Source of the DNA: the human T2T-CHM13v2.0 reference genome, Homo sapiens
Strand: one strand, 5' to 3'
Length of the DNA stretch: 64,000 bases
NCBI RefSeq assembly: GCF_009914755.1
Contig: NC_060928.1
This document shows, in pieces, positions 16,887 through 30,900 of this stretch (its first letter is position 1; every line of letters starts with the position of its first letter). The notes under the pieces are model-generated. The model searched no databases. It saw nothing but the letters and a program-made list of their open reading frames with translations, and was not told where the DNA came from. The position numbers and the translations under genes are program-made.

Positions 16887-17704
16887 TAATTTTAAGTGTG
16901 GAAGTTCTGAAAAACGTAAAAGAAAAACAGTGTTTCCTGGAGCTGAAACACTGTCAACATCTCGGTCTTCTGCCTGTGTGAACCTGAGAACACATCGATC
17001 CATTCTTAATTGTCTCAAACCTTCAAGCAGGGGCTCTAGAACCCATGCAGTGGCAAACATGCACTCGTATGCCCTGGCAGAATCTCCGTTCCCCACGGAG
17101 CCCCTCAAATGCACTGATGTGTTCAGCTCATTCTAAAAGCTAGAGATGATGTGAGCAGCATACCACACGGTTTTAGTATATGATAAAACAGCAGCACAGA
17201 GCACATGCCACGCCTCTCCACTTTCAAAACCCAAAAAGTAGGGGAACGCACAGGGATTCCTGCCCAGGCCCTCCCTGTCATGCCCCAAGCCCTGCCTCCC
17301 TGTGTCCTCTCTCCTCAGCACTGCCCCCCATCTCTCCCAGCCCCTGGCTCTGCCTTTGCTGCCTCACCCCAGCCAGTCCTGACCTTGGCCCTGACTGCCT
17401 GATCCACCAAGATGGGCTTCATCCTACCCATGGGTCTCCAAGAGCTCCTCACTCTGAACAGCAAAAGGTAATGTTTTTACTCTAAAATCATGATGTGTGC
17501 ATGGTCACATACAGCCCACCATGTCCGTAGGTGCAGCCCTTCCAATCTAGAAAAAGCTCAGGGGCAGCCAGAGTGCAAGTACACGGAAAGAACCAGAACC
17601 CATGCAGAGATCTCTCTCAAAAATAATAACGTGTCTTCAACTAGTGTTGTTAGAAGCTGAAGGCTGTTAGTACAAGGACAGATGTCAGTCAGAATCCTGT
17701 TTCA

Positions 17705-18035
17705 GGCCAGGCATGGTGGCTCACACCTGTAATCCCAGAATTTTGGACGGCCAAGGCGGGAGGATTGTTTGAGTCCAGGAGCTCGAGACCAGCCTGTAGA
17801 ACACAGTGAGACCTCATCTCTATAAAAAAAAACAAAAATTAGCTGGATGTAATAATGCACACCTGTAGTCCCAGCCACTAGGGAGGCTGAGGTGGGAGGA
17901 TCACTTGAGCCCAGGCAGGTTGATGCTGCAGTGAGCTGAGACTGCGCCACTGCACTCCAGCCTGGGCGACAGAGTGAGACCCTGTTTCAAAAGAAGAAAA
18001 GAAGAAGAAGGAGAAGGAGAAGGAAGAGGAGGGGG
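17705..18035 (+). mobile_element. AluJ-type element with a GAA/GGA-rich tail
   Basis: Full dimer followed by aagaagaaaagaagaagaaggagaaggagaagg. Confidence 0.93.
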
Positions 18036-19251
18036 AAAATTGGTTTTTAAGCAAGTATTTGTGTGCTCATGTAGAAAAATGCCCACATATCTATGAAAGA
18101 AACCTAAACTTTTAAATTGAACTCATATAAACCCCAACATCAGACGCTGTGGCTCCTGCCTCATCTCCCCACCTTTGGGCAGAAACTTGATGTTCTTTCT
18201 AGAAAGTTCTTAGGACGTATCTTCGTACCCAGCCCCACATGCCACATTCGGCTCCTCCTCGGTGGGTTTGTGGCTCAGCAGCATGTGATGACCATGTCCC
18301 CTGTTGGCACCTGGTGCCCGTGGATAAGGACAGAGCCCAGTCCTCCTGTGGAAGACCCTGAGGTTCCAGACAGAATCCTCCTAAGTCCTTGTCTTTCTCT
18401 ACTGCTTATGAAAGTGTAAACTCAGATGATATGAACAGCAGTTCAGACCTCCAGTACAAAGCTCTGAAAGTGCCGTGGCCTTTCCCAGGCACTGGCCCCT
18501 GGGCTCACATCCCCTTCCCTCCCTGCTGCTGTGGCAAAATGCGGAGCCACCGTGGCTTTTCCAAGAAAGCTTTTCCCCGCAGCCTCGGGGAAGGTGGCTT
18601 TCTCTTCTTATCCTCAAGCCCTCTTTTTACAGGAAAATGTTATAATTAAGTCATTCCAACTGATTTTAAGCAACTTTGCATCAGTAGGGGGTTAAGTTCT
18701 AACAAGGCCCAAATCACCCAGGGTCAATCACCCGGGCCAGCATCGAAGGAGGCCCCAGTACCTCCCCAAGGGTTCTGCCAGGCTCTTCCCGCTGCTGGAC
18801 AGCAGTGGCTCACACTGTGACCCCCAGATAAAGTCACGACTTGGTGACCAAACTGAATGAATCCACACCCAGCCAGGTGCTGGCTCATGCCCACTGACAA
18901 GAATGAGCAGCGGCTGAGCTCACTGCATTTGCTTGTGCTAAAGGACGGTGTGAGGAGGTAGCTTGCCCCACACACTAACCCCTCAACTCCTCCATGGACC
19001 AGGAGGAGAGGAAACGACGTGGCGCCTGCCCTGGGGCGGGACACAGGACTGTGCCGCCCTCACCTCTTATCACAGGCTGAGAAAGCACCGCCCCACACAC
19101 AAGGGGTATCCCACTGACAGCCTCCACCCCTCCCTTCTAACCCTACCATGTGGGGCGATTGGAGCCCCAGATTTCAGAGTTCACCATGAATGTGCAAGAT
19201 CTCATAGTTTTCATATTGATTACATGTTAAAACAATATTCTGGTCAAATAA

Positions 19252-19547
<296 letters not shown>

Positions 19548-19624
19548 CCAAATAAAATATTATTAAAATTAATTTCACCTGTTTCTTTTACTTTTTTTTT
19601 TAATGTGGCTACTAGAAAATTTCA

Positions 19625-20690
<1,066 letters not shown>

Positions 20691-21174
20691 TAGGGCTTTA
20701 CTTTTATCTCTATTTTAGGACACACATAATTTCTTAAACAATTATGAGCTAAACTCGCTGACATTTTATCAGTTTCCACCCTTGCAGCTGTTTCTTTTAT
20801 CCCATCATCTTTCCTCCGAGTTCCCTTTTCTTGCTGATGTACATCTTATAATAGGAAATGTTACAACGAGCATCTGTAAATGGTTAAAAATGTTTGCCTG
20901 AAAAATGTCTTCATCTTGCCTTCTGCCCCTTCACTAGCAGTTCATTTGGGTCTAAAATTCGGGGCTGCCAGTCGCCTTCCCGCCGCACTGTGGGCTCATT
21001 CTCTATCTTGCGGCACTTGGGGTTGCTGAGAAGAAACCTGCGGGGCTTTTTCCATTTCTCGTAGTTACTCTGTCTTTTCTGTTAATTCTAAAGATTCTCT
21101 TCATCTTTGACATTCTGCAGCTTTACCACAATACATCTCAGTGTGGATTTACTCCCAGGTATTTCTGAACGATG

Positions 21175-21790
<616 letters not shown>

Positions 21791-23154
21791 ATTTCTTTAT
21801 CCTACTTGGAACTCCTTTTATCTCAGAACTCATGTCTTTCTTCAATACTGGGAAATTCAGCTACCATTTCTTCAAATACAGCTTTTCCATCATTCTTTCC
21901 TCTCCACTCTCTCCCTGGGACTCCTATGAGACACTTTTTGGAACTTCTCCACTGAACTTTGATGCTTTTTCCTTCTTTCTTAGGGAAGCTGCCCGACTCC
22001 CGGCTGGGGCTGGTCCTCCTGTGGACTGTGAGGCAGCACCCTGTCATTTCCTCTGTACTGCTTTCCTGGATTGAGACTAGGTATTGATCCACCCCTGCTC
22101 CATCCACCCACCCAACCACGAATTTTGGAGCCAGCCAAAACGACTACTTGTTTTTGTTTCAGACCCGATACCCAGCCTTTCATTCTCCCAGGGCCTGCCA
22201 CAGATCTTGATTATTCCCAAAGAAAGAAGAGGCAAACTGAAGCCAAATCAGAATCAAGGTCCACCTGCCCCTTCCCAAACCACCTTAGACTCCCACAAGG
22301 GTGGAAGCTGGTGCCAGAGGCTCTGAGCAGAGGGCTCTTCCTCTATGGGGTACATCTGCACCTGGATGTTTCTGGGCTCCAGGCATCCTGGTGAGCCACT
22401 GGGAAGGTGTCCAGAACTCCAGGGGCCTGGCTGTCTCATGACAGCAGGGGGTAGACGGGGGCTGGTCACATGGACAGACAGCATCTGAGAGTGGCCAAGC
22501 CCCCCAGTCTGCACCATGCTGGCAGCAGAACCCGTGCCAGAGAGCAAGGAGGTGTGGGCATTGGGGGGACCGCTCCAGGGAGAGACAGAGCCCTCAACAA
22601 TCAAAGAAAGCAATGGGAGGGACTTACAGTTTCCTCATCTACCAAGAAAAGGAAATCTCAGAATCCCATCTTCTGTCAGACCCGGGAGCAGGTGGGCAGT
22701 GCAAGGATTCTCGGCCCTCCCAGGCCAGGAGCTGTCCCCCTATGCCAGGACCTCAAATTTAAAGCTCTCTCCTCTTAACAGAATCAGGAAAAACCAAGCT
22801 GACAGCTAAAATGTTCGGCTGAAGTTCACAAGAATGTAGAGGCTCAGATTGTCAGCACATTATAATCATTGACATTTAGCAACAAAATTGGCCCATCACT
22901 CCTGGACGACAAATCGCCCCCATCTGACTGCCCCTCCTTAATAAATAGGGCAGGACTCCTCCTGTGCAGAGATGGCACGCGCACCTCTGCCAACTCGAAT
23001 TCACATTGCCACCCCACCTCCCTCCTGTAATTTTATCCTCATGGGATACATTTCTATGCTTCAAAGTCCTTACTGATCATCTATCAAATTTTTCTACAAC
23101 ATATATATCAATATTACATATTTATAAATCTATAAATGGGATTTAAATTTTTAA

Positions 23155-23400
<246 letters not shown>

Positions 23401-23443
23401 TGAGTGTTAGCATTTTCTCTGCACTGAGTCGACAATGTAGACA

Positions 23444-23471
23444 CTGCAATTACTTTTGCAACAACCTAATA
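23444..23471. mobile_element. Solo Hsmar1/MADE1 terminal inverted repeat
   Basis: The reverse complement TATTAGGTTGTTGCAAAAGTAATTGCAG closely matches the Hsmar1 TIR TTAGGTTGGTGCAAAAGTAATTGCGG. Confidence 0.8.
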
Positions 23472-23479
23472 GTATTAGT

Positions 23480-23935
23480 ATACAATCGATCAAACAACAT
23501 AAACATGTGACACATCTTGGTACACCATCATTTCACAGAAAGGTGTCTCATAGAAATGTAGTTCTTGATGGGGTGGATGCATCCGGGGTTTTCTGACTAG
23601 CTGTTGTCTCTTTGGGTAACTCACTAGTTGCCAAAGTAGGCTGGCCTCAGCTGCAATGCTGTTCCTGCGTTTTGACTTAGGTAAGTGCCAAGAAACCTGC
23701 TCTCATGGCTGAGTTAGCAGGAGCGGGGAGAGCAATAGAGGAACTTCCTGCCACTCCAAGAACAACTGCCGAGTTATCGGCTAAGAATCATTGCTTCATG
23801 ACCAAAAGTCATTCTTAACGCCCTGTCAGCTGCAACTCAACCAAGTCCTTCTTCAATTTTATTGAAGTCAAAGCAGCAGAAACCACCTGGTTTGAAGGAT
23901 TTGTCATTGGCATTGTCCGCTCCTTGGTCCTGTGG
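23480..23935 (-). mobile_element. Fossil hAT (Charlie-type) transposase C-terminal fragment
   Basis: Minus-strand translation LPAPANSAMRAGFLALT*VKT / RNSIAAEA ... HPPH aligns in spacing with the Charlie motif LPFPTTYLCExGFSALTxIKT..RNRLxxE...HPSH. It contains stops and frameshifts. Confidence 0.55.
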
Positions 23936-24771
23936 GCCACCTTTTGATATGTTTTGGCTGTGTCCCCACCCAAATCTCATCTTGAATTATACTCTCGTAA
24001 TTCCCACGTGTTGTGGGAGGGACCCAGTGGGAGATAATTTGAATCATGGGGGTGATTTCCCCCATACTGTTCTCGTGTGAATAAGTCTCACAAGGACTGA
24101 TGGTTTTATCAGGGGTTTTCGCTTTTGCATCTTCCTCATTTTTCTCTTGCCACTGCCATGTAAGAAGTGCCTTTTGCCTCCTGCTGTGATTCGGAGGCCT
24201 CCCCAGCCATGTGGAACTGTAAGTCCAATTAAACCTCTTTTTCATCCCAGTCTCAGGTATGTCTTTATCAGCAGGGTGAAAATGGACTAATACAGTAAAT
24301 TGGTACCAGTACAGTGGGGTATTGCTGAAAAGATATCCAAAAATGTGGAAGCAACTTTGGAAGAGAATAACAGGCAGAAGTTGGAACAGTTTGGAGGGCT
24401 CAGAAGAAGACAGGAAAATGTGGGAAAATTTGGAACTTCCTAGAGACTTGTTGAATGGCTTTGACCAGATGCCTGATAGCAACATGGACAATAAGGTCCA
24501 GGCTGAGGTGGTCTCAGGTGGAGATGAGGAACTTGTTGGGAACTGAAGCAAAAGTGACCCTTGTTATGTTTTAGCGAAGAGACTGGCAGCATTTTGCCCC
24601 TGCCCTAGAGATTTGTGGAACTCTGAACTTGAGAGGGATGATTTAGGGTATCTGCGGGAAGAAATTTCTAAGAAGCAAAGCATTCAAGAAGTGACTTGGG
24701 TGCTGTTAAAGGCATTCAGTTTTATAAGGGAAGCCAAGCATAAAAATTCGGAAAATTTGCAGCCTGACAGT

Positions 24772-25074
24772 TTTTGTTGTTGTTGTTGTTTTTGAGACAG
24801 AGTCTCGCTGTGACACCCAGGCTGGAGTGCAATGGTGTGACCTTGGCTGACTGCAACCTCTGCTTCCCAGGTTCAAGCAATTCTCCTGACTCAGCCTCCT
24901 GAGTAGCTGGGACTACAGGCACGCACCACCATGCCCGGCTAATTTTTGTATTTTTAGTAGAGATGGGGTTCCACCGTATTGGCCAGGCTGGTCTCAAGCT
25001 CCTGACCTCAAATGATCTTCCCACCTCAGCCTCCCAAAGTGCTGGGATTATAGGCGTGAGCCACTGCATCCAGC
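24772..25074 (-). mobile_element. AluS-type element inside the THE1A internal region, with a (TTG)n tail
   Basis: Full Alu body in reverse orientation. Confidence 0.95.
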
Positions 25075-26116
25075 TGTGACAATGTGATAGAAGAGAAAAA
25101 CCCATTTTCTGAGGAGAAATTCAAGCCAGCTGCAGAAATTTGCTTAAGTAATGAGGAGCTGAACGTTAATCCCCAAGACAACTGGGAAAATGTCTCCAAA
25201 GCATGTCAGAGGTCTTCAGGGCAGCCCCTCCTACCACAAGCCCAGAGGCCTAGGGGAAAATGGTTTCATGGGCCAGGCCCAGGGTCCCTGTGCTGTGTGC
25301 AGCCTAGGGACTTGGTGCCCTGTGTCCCAGCTGCTCCAGCCATGGCTGAAAGGGGTCAATGCAGAACTCAGGCCATGGCTTCAGAGGGTGCAAGCCCCAA
25401 GCCTTGGCAGCTTCCACATGGTGTTGAGCCTGCGAGTGCACAGAAGTCAACAATGAGGGTTTGGGAACCTCCACTAGATTTCAGAGGATGCATGGAAACA
25501 CCTGGATCCCCAGGCAGAAGTTTGCTGCAGGGGCGGGGCACTCATGGAGAACCTCTGCTAGGGCAGTGTGGAAGGGAAATGTGGGGTTGGAGCCCCCACA
25601 CAGAGTCCCTACTGGGCACCACCTAGTGGAGCTGTGAGAAGAGGGCCACCGTCCTCCAGACCCCAGAATGGTAGATCCACCAACAGCTTGCACCATTTGC
25701 CTGGAAAAGCTGTAGACACTCAATGCCAGCCTGTGAAAGCAGCTGGGAGGGAGGCTGTACCCTGCAAAGTCACAGGGGTGGAGCTGCCCAAGACGATGGG
25801 AACCCACCTCTTGCACCAGGGTGACCTGGATGTGAGACCTGGAGTCAAAGGAGATCATTTTGGAGCTTTAAGATTTGACTGTCCCGCTGGATTTCGGACT
25901 TGCATGGGCCCTGTAACCCCTTTGTTTTGACTAATTTCTCCCATTTGGAATGGCTATATGTACCCAATACCTGTACCCCCATTGTATCTAGGAAGTAACT
26001 AGCTTGCTTTTGATTTTACAGACTCATAGGCAGAAGGGTACTTGCCTTGTCTTAGATGAGACTTTTGACTGTGGACTTTTGGGTTAATGCTGAAATGAGT
26101 TAAGATTTTGGGGGAC

Positions 26117-26470
26117 TGTATTAGTCCATTTTTAGGCTGCTGATAAAGACACGCTGGAGACTGGGAAGAAAAAGAGGTTTAATTGGACTTACAGTTCCAT
26201 ATGGCTGGGGAGGCCTCAGAATCACGGCAGGAGGCAAAAGGCACTTCTTACACGGCAGCAGCAGGAGAAAATGAGGAAGAAGCAAAAGCAGAAACCCCTG
26301 ATAAACCCATGAGATCTCCTGAGACTTATTCACTATCACGAGAAAAGCATGGGAAAGGCCAGCCCCCATGATTCAGTTACCTCCCCCTGGGTCCCTCTCA
26401 CAACATGTGGGAATTCTGGGAGATATAATTCAAGTTGCGACTTTGGCGGGGAAACAGCCAAGCCATAACA
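26117..26470 (-). mobile_element. THE1A-type solo LTR nested in inverted orientation inside the THE1A internal region
   Basis: tgtattagtccatt...cagccaagccataaca with a perfect TSD GGGAC at 26112-26116 and 26471-26475. Confidence 0.92.
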
Positions 26471-28695
26471 GGGACTGTTGGGAAAGCATGATTGGTTTTG
26501 AAATGTGAGGACATGAGATTTGAAGGGGCCAGGGACGGAATTATAAGGTTTGGCTGTGTCTCCACCCAAATCTCATCTTGAATTGTACTCCCATAATTCT
26601 CACATGTTGTGGGAGGGACCTGGTGGGAGGTAATTGAATCATAGGGGTGGTTCCCCCATACTGTTCTCATGGTGGTGACTAAGTCTCACGAGATCTGATG
26701 GTTTTATCAGGGGTTTTCACTTTTGCATCTTCCTCATTTTTCTCTTGCCACCTCCACGCAGGAAGTGCCTTTTGCCTTCCGCCATGATTCTGAGGTGCCC
26801 CCTGCCCCACAGCCACGTGGAACTATAAGTCTAATTAAACCTCTTTTTCTTCCTAGTCTCAGGTATGTCTTTATCAGCAGCGTGAAAACAGACTAATACT
26901 CCTTTCCCTTAGTGGCAGCGCACTTATCCCAATGCCCAGGATGACCTGGGGAACCAAATGCTGCTTTCGGTCACCTCCACTGACCCGGTATCTTCTGTTA
27001 AAATGCCTTTATCTTTTCATATCACGCTTCAAGTGTCAAAGCCTTGGCACCATCAGTGCAGACTGGAGTGAATGGCAGGCCACACACTGGAAGGAGGAGG
27101 TACGCTTCACATTGGTTGGGATTTTCCAGCAGGCCTTCCACAGATCTAGAATATTCTATTCCTAAGAGACCCTGACAGACAAGGCTAAGGGCCTTTCTCT
27201 GTGTGTGGTGTCGCTGGCGTGTGTTACAGACACTCGCTCTCCAGGAGCCATCTCCAGGAGCCATTCTTTCACAAGACTGGAGAAAATGAGGTCGTCACAC
27301 AGGGTCATCACTCACAGTCTCTCTCAATGATGCCCTGATGACCTAAGATGTCCCCATCACCCTGAAGTGTCTCCACTGGGGCTGTTCTGCAAAGAAGGGC
27401 CTTGAGGAAGACAGGCAAGAGGGTAGGGCACATGTCCCACACAGGCAGAGTGATTTTTGGACTGGGGTACACAGAGTAGATGCAGTGTTGGGTTCCCACA
27501 TTCTACCCACAGGGAAGAGGCCCCCGGGACTGTCAGCCAAAGTCAATGCCACAGAGCCCTCTCCTCCCCGGGTACTTCGACAAACGCTGAGGAACCGAGA
27601 CTGCACTGCTGACAGAAGAAACTTTCTGGAAGGAATTCCCTTTATCTGCGAAGAGGAAACTGGTTTTGTAGGAAAGTGTGAAAGCTTCTGTACCCTACAG
27701 ATTAAGTTATTCAAGAAGGGTCAGAGGGAAGTGACCACCCGCCAAGGGAGTGAACAAGTGCTCAGGGCTGCCCAGGGTCACTCCAGCTGCCTGGTTTCCC
27801 AGGACAGGGCTGTGACTGACCACTGGAGGGGGCACAGGCAGGCCACCAGGACCGTGACAAATGCAGTTTGGGAGCAGGAGTGAGTTTAAGCAAGAACGAG
27901 AGGAGGGGAAGGGACCAGGCAGCACCCAAGCAGGAATCTCCTCCTGAGGGAGTGCTGGATGGGGTGGGGGAGCAGAAGCACAGAGGGCCGACCCCTCAGG
28001 GCCCGGTGGGAAGGTAGGTGGGGAGGGAAACAGCCTCACCTGCCAGGATCATAGGGGGAGCATGGAAACACACAGCCAAGACTTGTGAACAAATGAATGA
28101 CTGAATTACTTCAGAAAAATCTTTATTTAATTCAGCATAGGAAAAGAAGACAAAGGCCAGGAGCCACCTCACTCACCTGGAGTGTGAGACACCTGCCCAA
28201 GCTTCAGCCCACTCTGCACAAGGAGTCACACAGAACTCTTGCCTTTTCAAGATGTGACGGAGACAGGCTCAGGTCCTAGACTTGGGGGGAGGGGAGTGTA
28301 GGGCAATCATCTGTCCTGATTTTAAGGATTATCATAAACACACCAATCCTGTACACCCTCAAGGAGTGCAGCAAAGTGATAAACAGAGTTTGTAAAAGGC
28401 CTCACCTTTGAAGCCATGCATAAGCAAACCTAGCTGGCCTGACCTGCCCAGGACTGGCGAGAAGGGGGACCAGACTGGAAGGCCAAGTCACTCAGGGACC
28501 CACCTCATCACAACTGCAGAGGCTCTCTGGGAATACACCCGCACTGCTGCCACCCCTTCCCGTCAGTGGCTTCAGGACAGACAGACCTGGGCCATGGAGG
28601 AGCACAGTGATGACCCTGGCCTGTATGGTGGCTACTTACGGTAAGGGAGTGGGCCAAGAACAGCAGCAGAAAAAGGTGAGACCCACCTGAAGCAG

Positions 28696-28800
28696 GCCCC
28701 AGCGCTGAGAGAGCACCTGCTGCCCTTACAGCCCCAGCGCTGAGAGAGCACCTGCTGCCCTTACAGCCCCAGCGCTGAGAGAGCACCTGCTGCCCTTACA
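28696..28800. repeat. Perfect 35-bp x3 tandem repeat
   Basis: GCCCCAGCGCTGAGAGAGCACCTGCTGCCCTTACA at 28696, 28731 and 28766. Confidence 0.97.
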
Positions 28801-29496
28801 GAGCTGCTGTCTCCTGACCCCGGCCTGCCAAAGTTGGGATTTGAGACTAGGTCTCTGGACTGTCAGCTGGGACCCTGAGCAACGCCAAGCAGCAAAGCGC
28901 CCCTTTGTTTCTGCAGCGGGTCAGACCTACATGGTTGCCTACATGGCCTCCCACAGGCTTCGGACAGCAGAGAGGGCACTCACTGCCTGCATCTGAGCCT
29001 TTGCCCTCAGGGCTGACCTCTGACCTCCTACATGGATTCCCTCCAGCCCCATTGGCTTGCCTTCCTCAGGACAGCACGGGGCAGATTTCCCTTCTCACAA
29101 AACAAAAAAAACAAAAAACACACCAGGCTTTCACAAGGCCGGACTTGACACCCTCTCACACCCCCACTCCAGTGCTCCCAGCTCCTTGCTTAAGAGCCGC
29201 AGACAGGCGCCCTCACAGGGGACCCATCTGGTTCTCCGGGAAGTTAAAATCACAATTTGACTTTGTCAGTGGGTCCTGAGTTCACAAAGCGGAGTCTTTG
29301 AGGGTCCCCTACAAGCACTGCACCGGGCTCGCTCTCATCCCAGGGCAGAGCCAGCACAGAATTTAATTTTCCATTTGCAGACTAATCCCAAATGTCTCTT
29401 TTCTGTTCCCACCAAAAACCCCACAATTTCTTCCCTTCCCTTCCCTGCTGGTGTTCACTCCCACGGCTGCAGCAGCCGGCTTTCCACTCAGACAGG

Positions 29497-30182
29497 GCTA
29501 TGGTTTGAATGTCCCCTCCCAAATGCACATGGAAGTAAATCCCCAAAAGAACAGTATTAAGAGGTGGGGCTGGCTGCACGCACTGGCTCATGTCTGTAAT
29601 CCCAGCACTCTGGGAGGCCAAGGCGGGTGGATCACCTGAGGTCAGGAGTTCAACACCAGCCTGGCCAACATGGTGAAACCTCCTCTCTACCAAAAATACA
29701 AAATTTAGCTGGGTGTGGTGGCGGGCACCTGTATTCCCAGCTACTCGGGAGGCTGAGGCAGGAGAATGGCGTCAACAAAGGAGGCGGAGGTTGCGGTGAG
29801 CTGAGATCTCACCACTGCAATCCAGCCTGGGCAACACAGGGAGACTCCATCTCAAAACAAAAAGAGGTGGGGCCTTTAAGAGGTGACTGACTGTCCTCAT
29901 AAATGAATCCAGCCGTTTGTGGACTGAGGGTCAATGAGCCATCACAGAACGGGGCTGTCATAAAAGCTACCTTGGCTCTCTCTCCTAAGCCCCCTAGCCA
30001 CGTGATGCCCTGGGACGCCTGGGGTCTCCAGAGTCCCTCCAGACAAGGAGGCCCTCACCAGACCATCCCTGTGACCTGGGACATCTCAGCCTCCAGGACT
30101 GTAAGAAACCCAAATGCCTTTTCTTTATAAATGACCCAGTCTCAGTTATTTCATTAAAGCAACAGAAAACAGACTAAGACAG
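29497..30182 (+). mobile_element. MSTB-type MaLR LTR interrupted by an AluS (about 29568-29862)
   Basis: ctatggtttgaatgtcccctcccaaa...aagaggtgggg [Alu] aagaggtggggcctttaagaggtga...cagaaaacagactaagaca; AAGAGGTGGGG is duplicated as a TSD. Confidence 0.87.
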
Positions 30183-30900
30183 GCGCTTTCAGCAGTAAAA
30201 CCCCGCTGCGCGCCTGCTGAGGCCATGCCCGCCCGCCTGAGGTGCCAGCCAAGCTCGCTGCCCTCAGCTCGCCTCCCGGAGCAGCCTCCTAGTCCAGTCT
30301 TGTCTGGAAAGAAACCCCGCTGGCCCCCGGCAGTCAGGTAGCACGGGCAGTAGGGCTGAGGCCCCAGAATGGAGATCTCCGGACACAGCCAGGGGGTTGG
30401 ACGGCTCCGCAGACTGCAGGAGACTCCGGGGCCGGGGCCGGGGCCGGGGCCACTCCCTGGAGGAGGGGGCTGAGCCAGGATGGAGAGCGGTGCCACAGTC
30501 CGTTTGCCTGCAGGAGAAGGCTGGCCCACCCCGGAGCTCGCCACCAGCGGCCTAGGGTCCCCCAAGGCTCCTGGCAGTCCACTGGGAACCCGGAAGCACA
30601 GTCCAGCCTAGGGCTGCGTGGCTCTCCCCTACCCATCCCCTCAGCCAGGGCCACCTCTGCACCTCAGTCTCATTGGGAAGGGAAACTGAGCTTCACGGCC
30701 GGAAGTGACGCAACTCTGCTTGCCCGTCATTGGCCAGAACCCATCACTTGGCCTGCTTGCCCTCCTGCCGGCCGGAAGCAGGAGACCCAAGTCCAGGCGA
30801 ACGTGACGTCCTTGTCCTCGTGCTGTGCCTGGGGGTAATCTGCCTGTCAGGGATGTGCCGCCCCACTTGGCGAGCAGCTGCGGACACGGGATATGGGGCC
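30180..30900. promoter_or_regulatory. CpG-enriched intronic element (enhancer or weak promoter)
   Basis: Local CpG retention; CCGGAAGTGACGCAA 30699-30713; further CCGGAAG at about 30589 and 30772; GTGACGTC 30803-30810; (GGGGCC)4 30428-30451. Confidence 0.6.

Larger units (their letters stand above)
23945..26900 (+). mobile_element. Full-length THE1A MaLR element (5' LTR 23945-24294, internal region, 3' LTR 26541-26900)
   Basis: Two direct-repeat LTRs with THE1A-type text (gttttatcaggggttt...atgtaagaagtgccttt); internal ORF remnants (24322-24546, 25084-25626); purine tract before the 3' LTR; 5-bp TSD CCTTT (23940-23944 and 26901-26905). Confidence 0.92.

Noticed and set aside
23904-25930. ORFs of 120-215 aa
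   Set aside because: They are THE1A LTR or internal sequence, interrupted by stops and an Alu; not a host gene.
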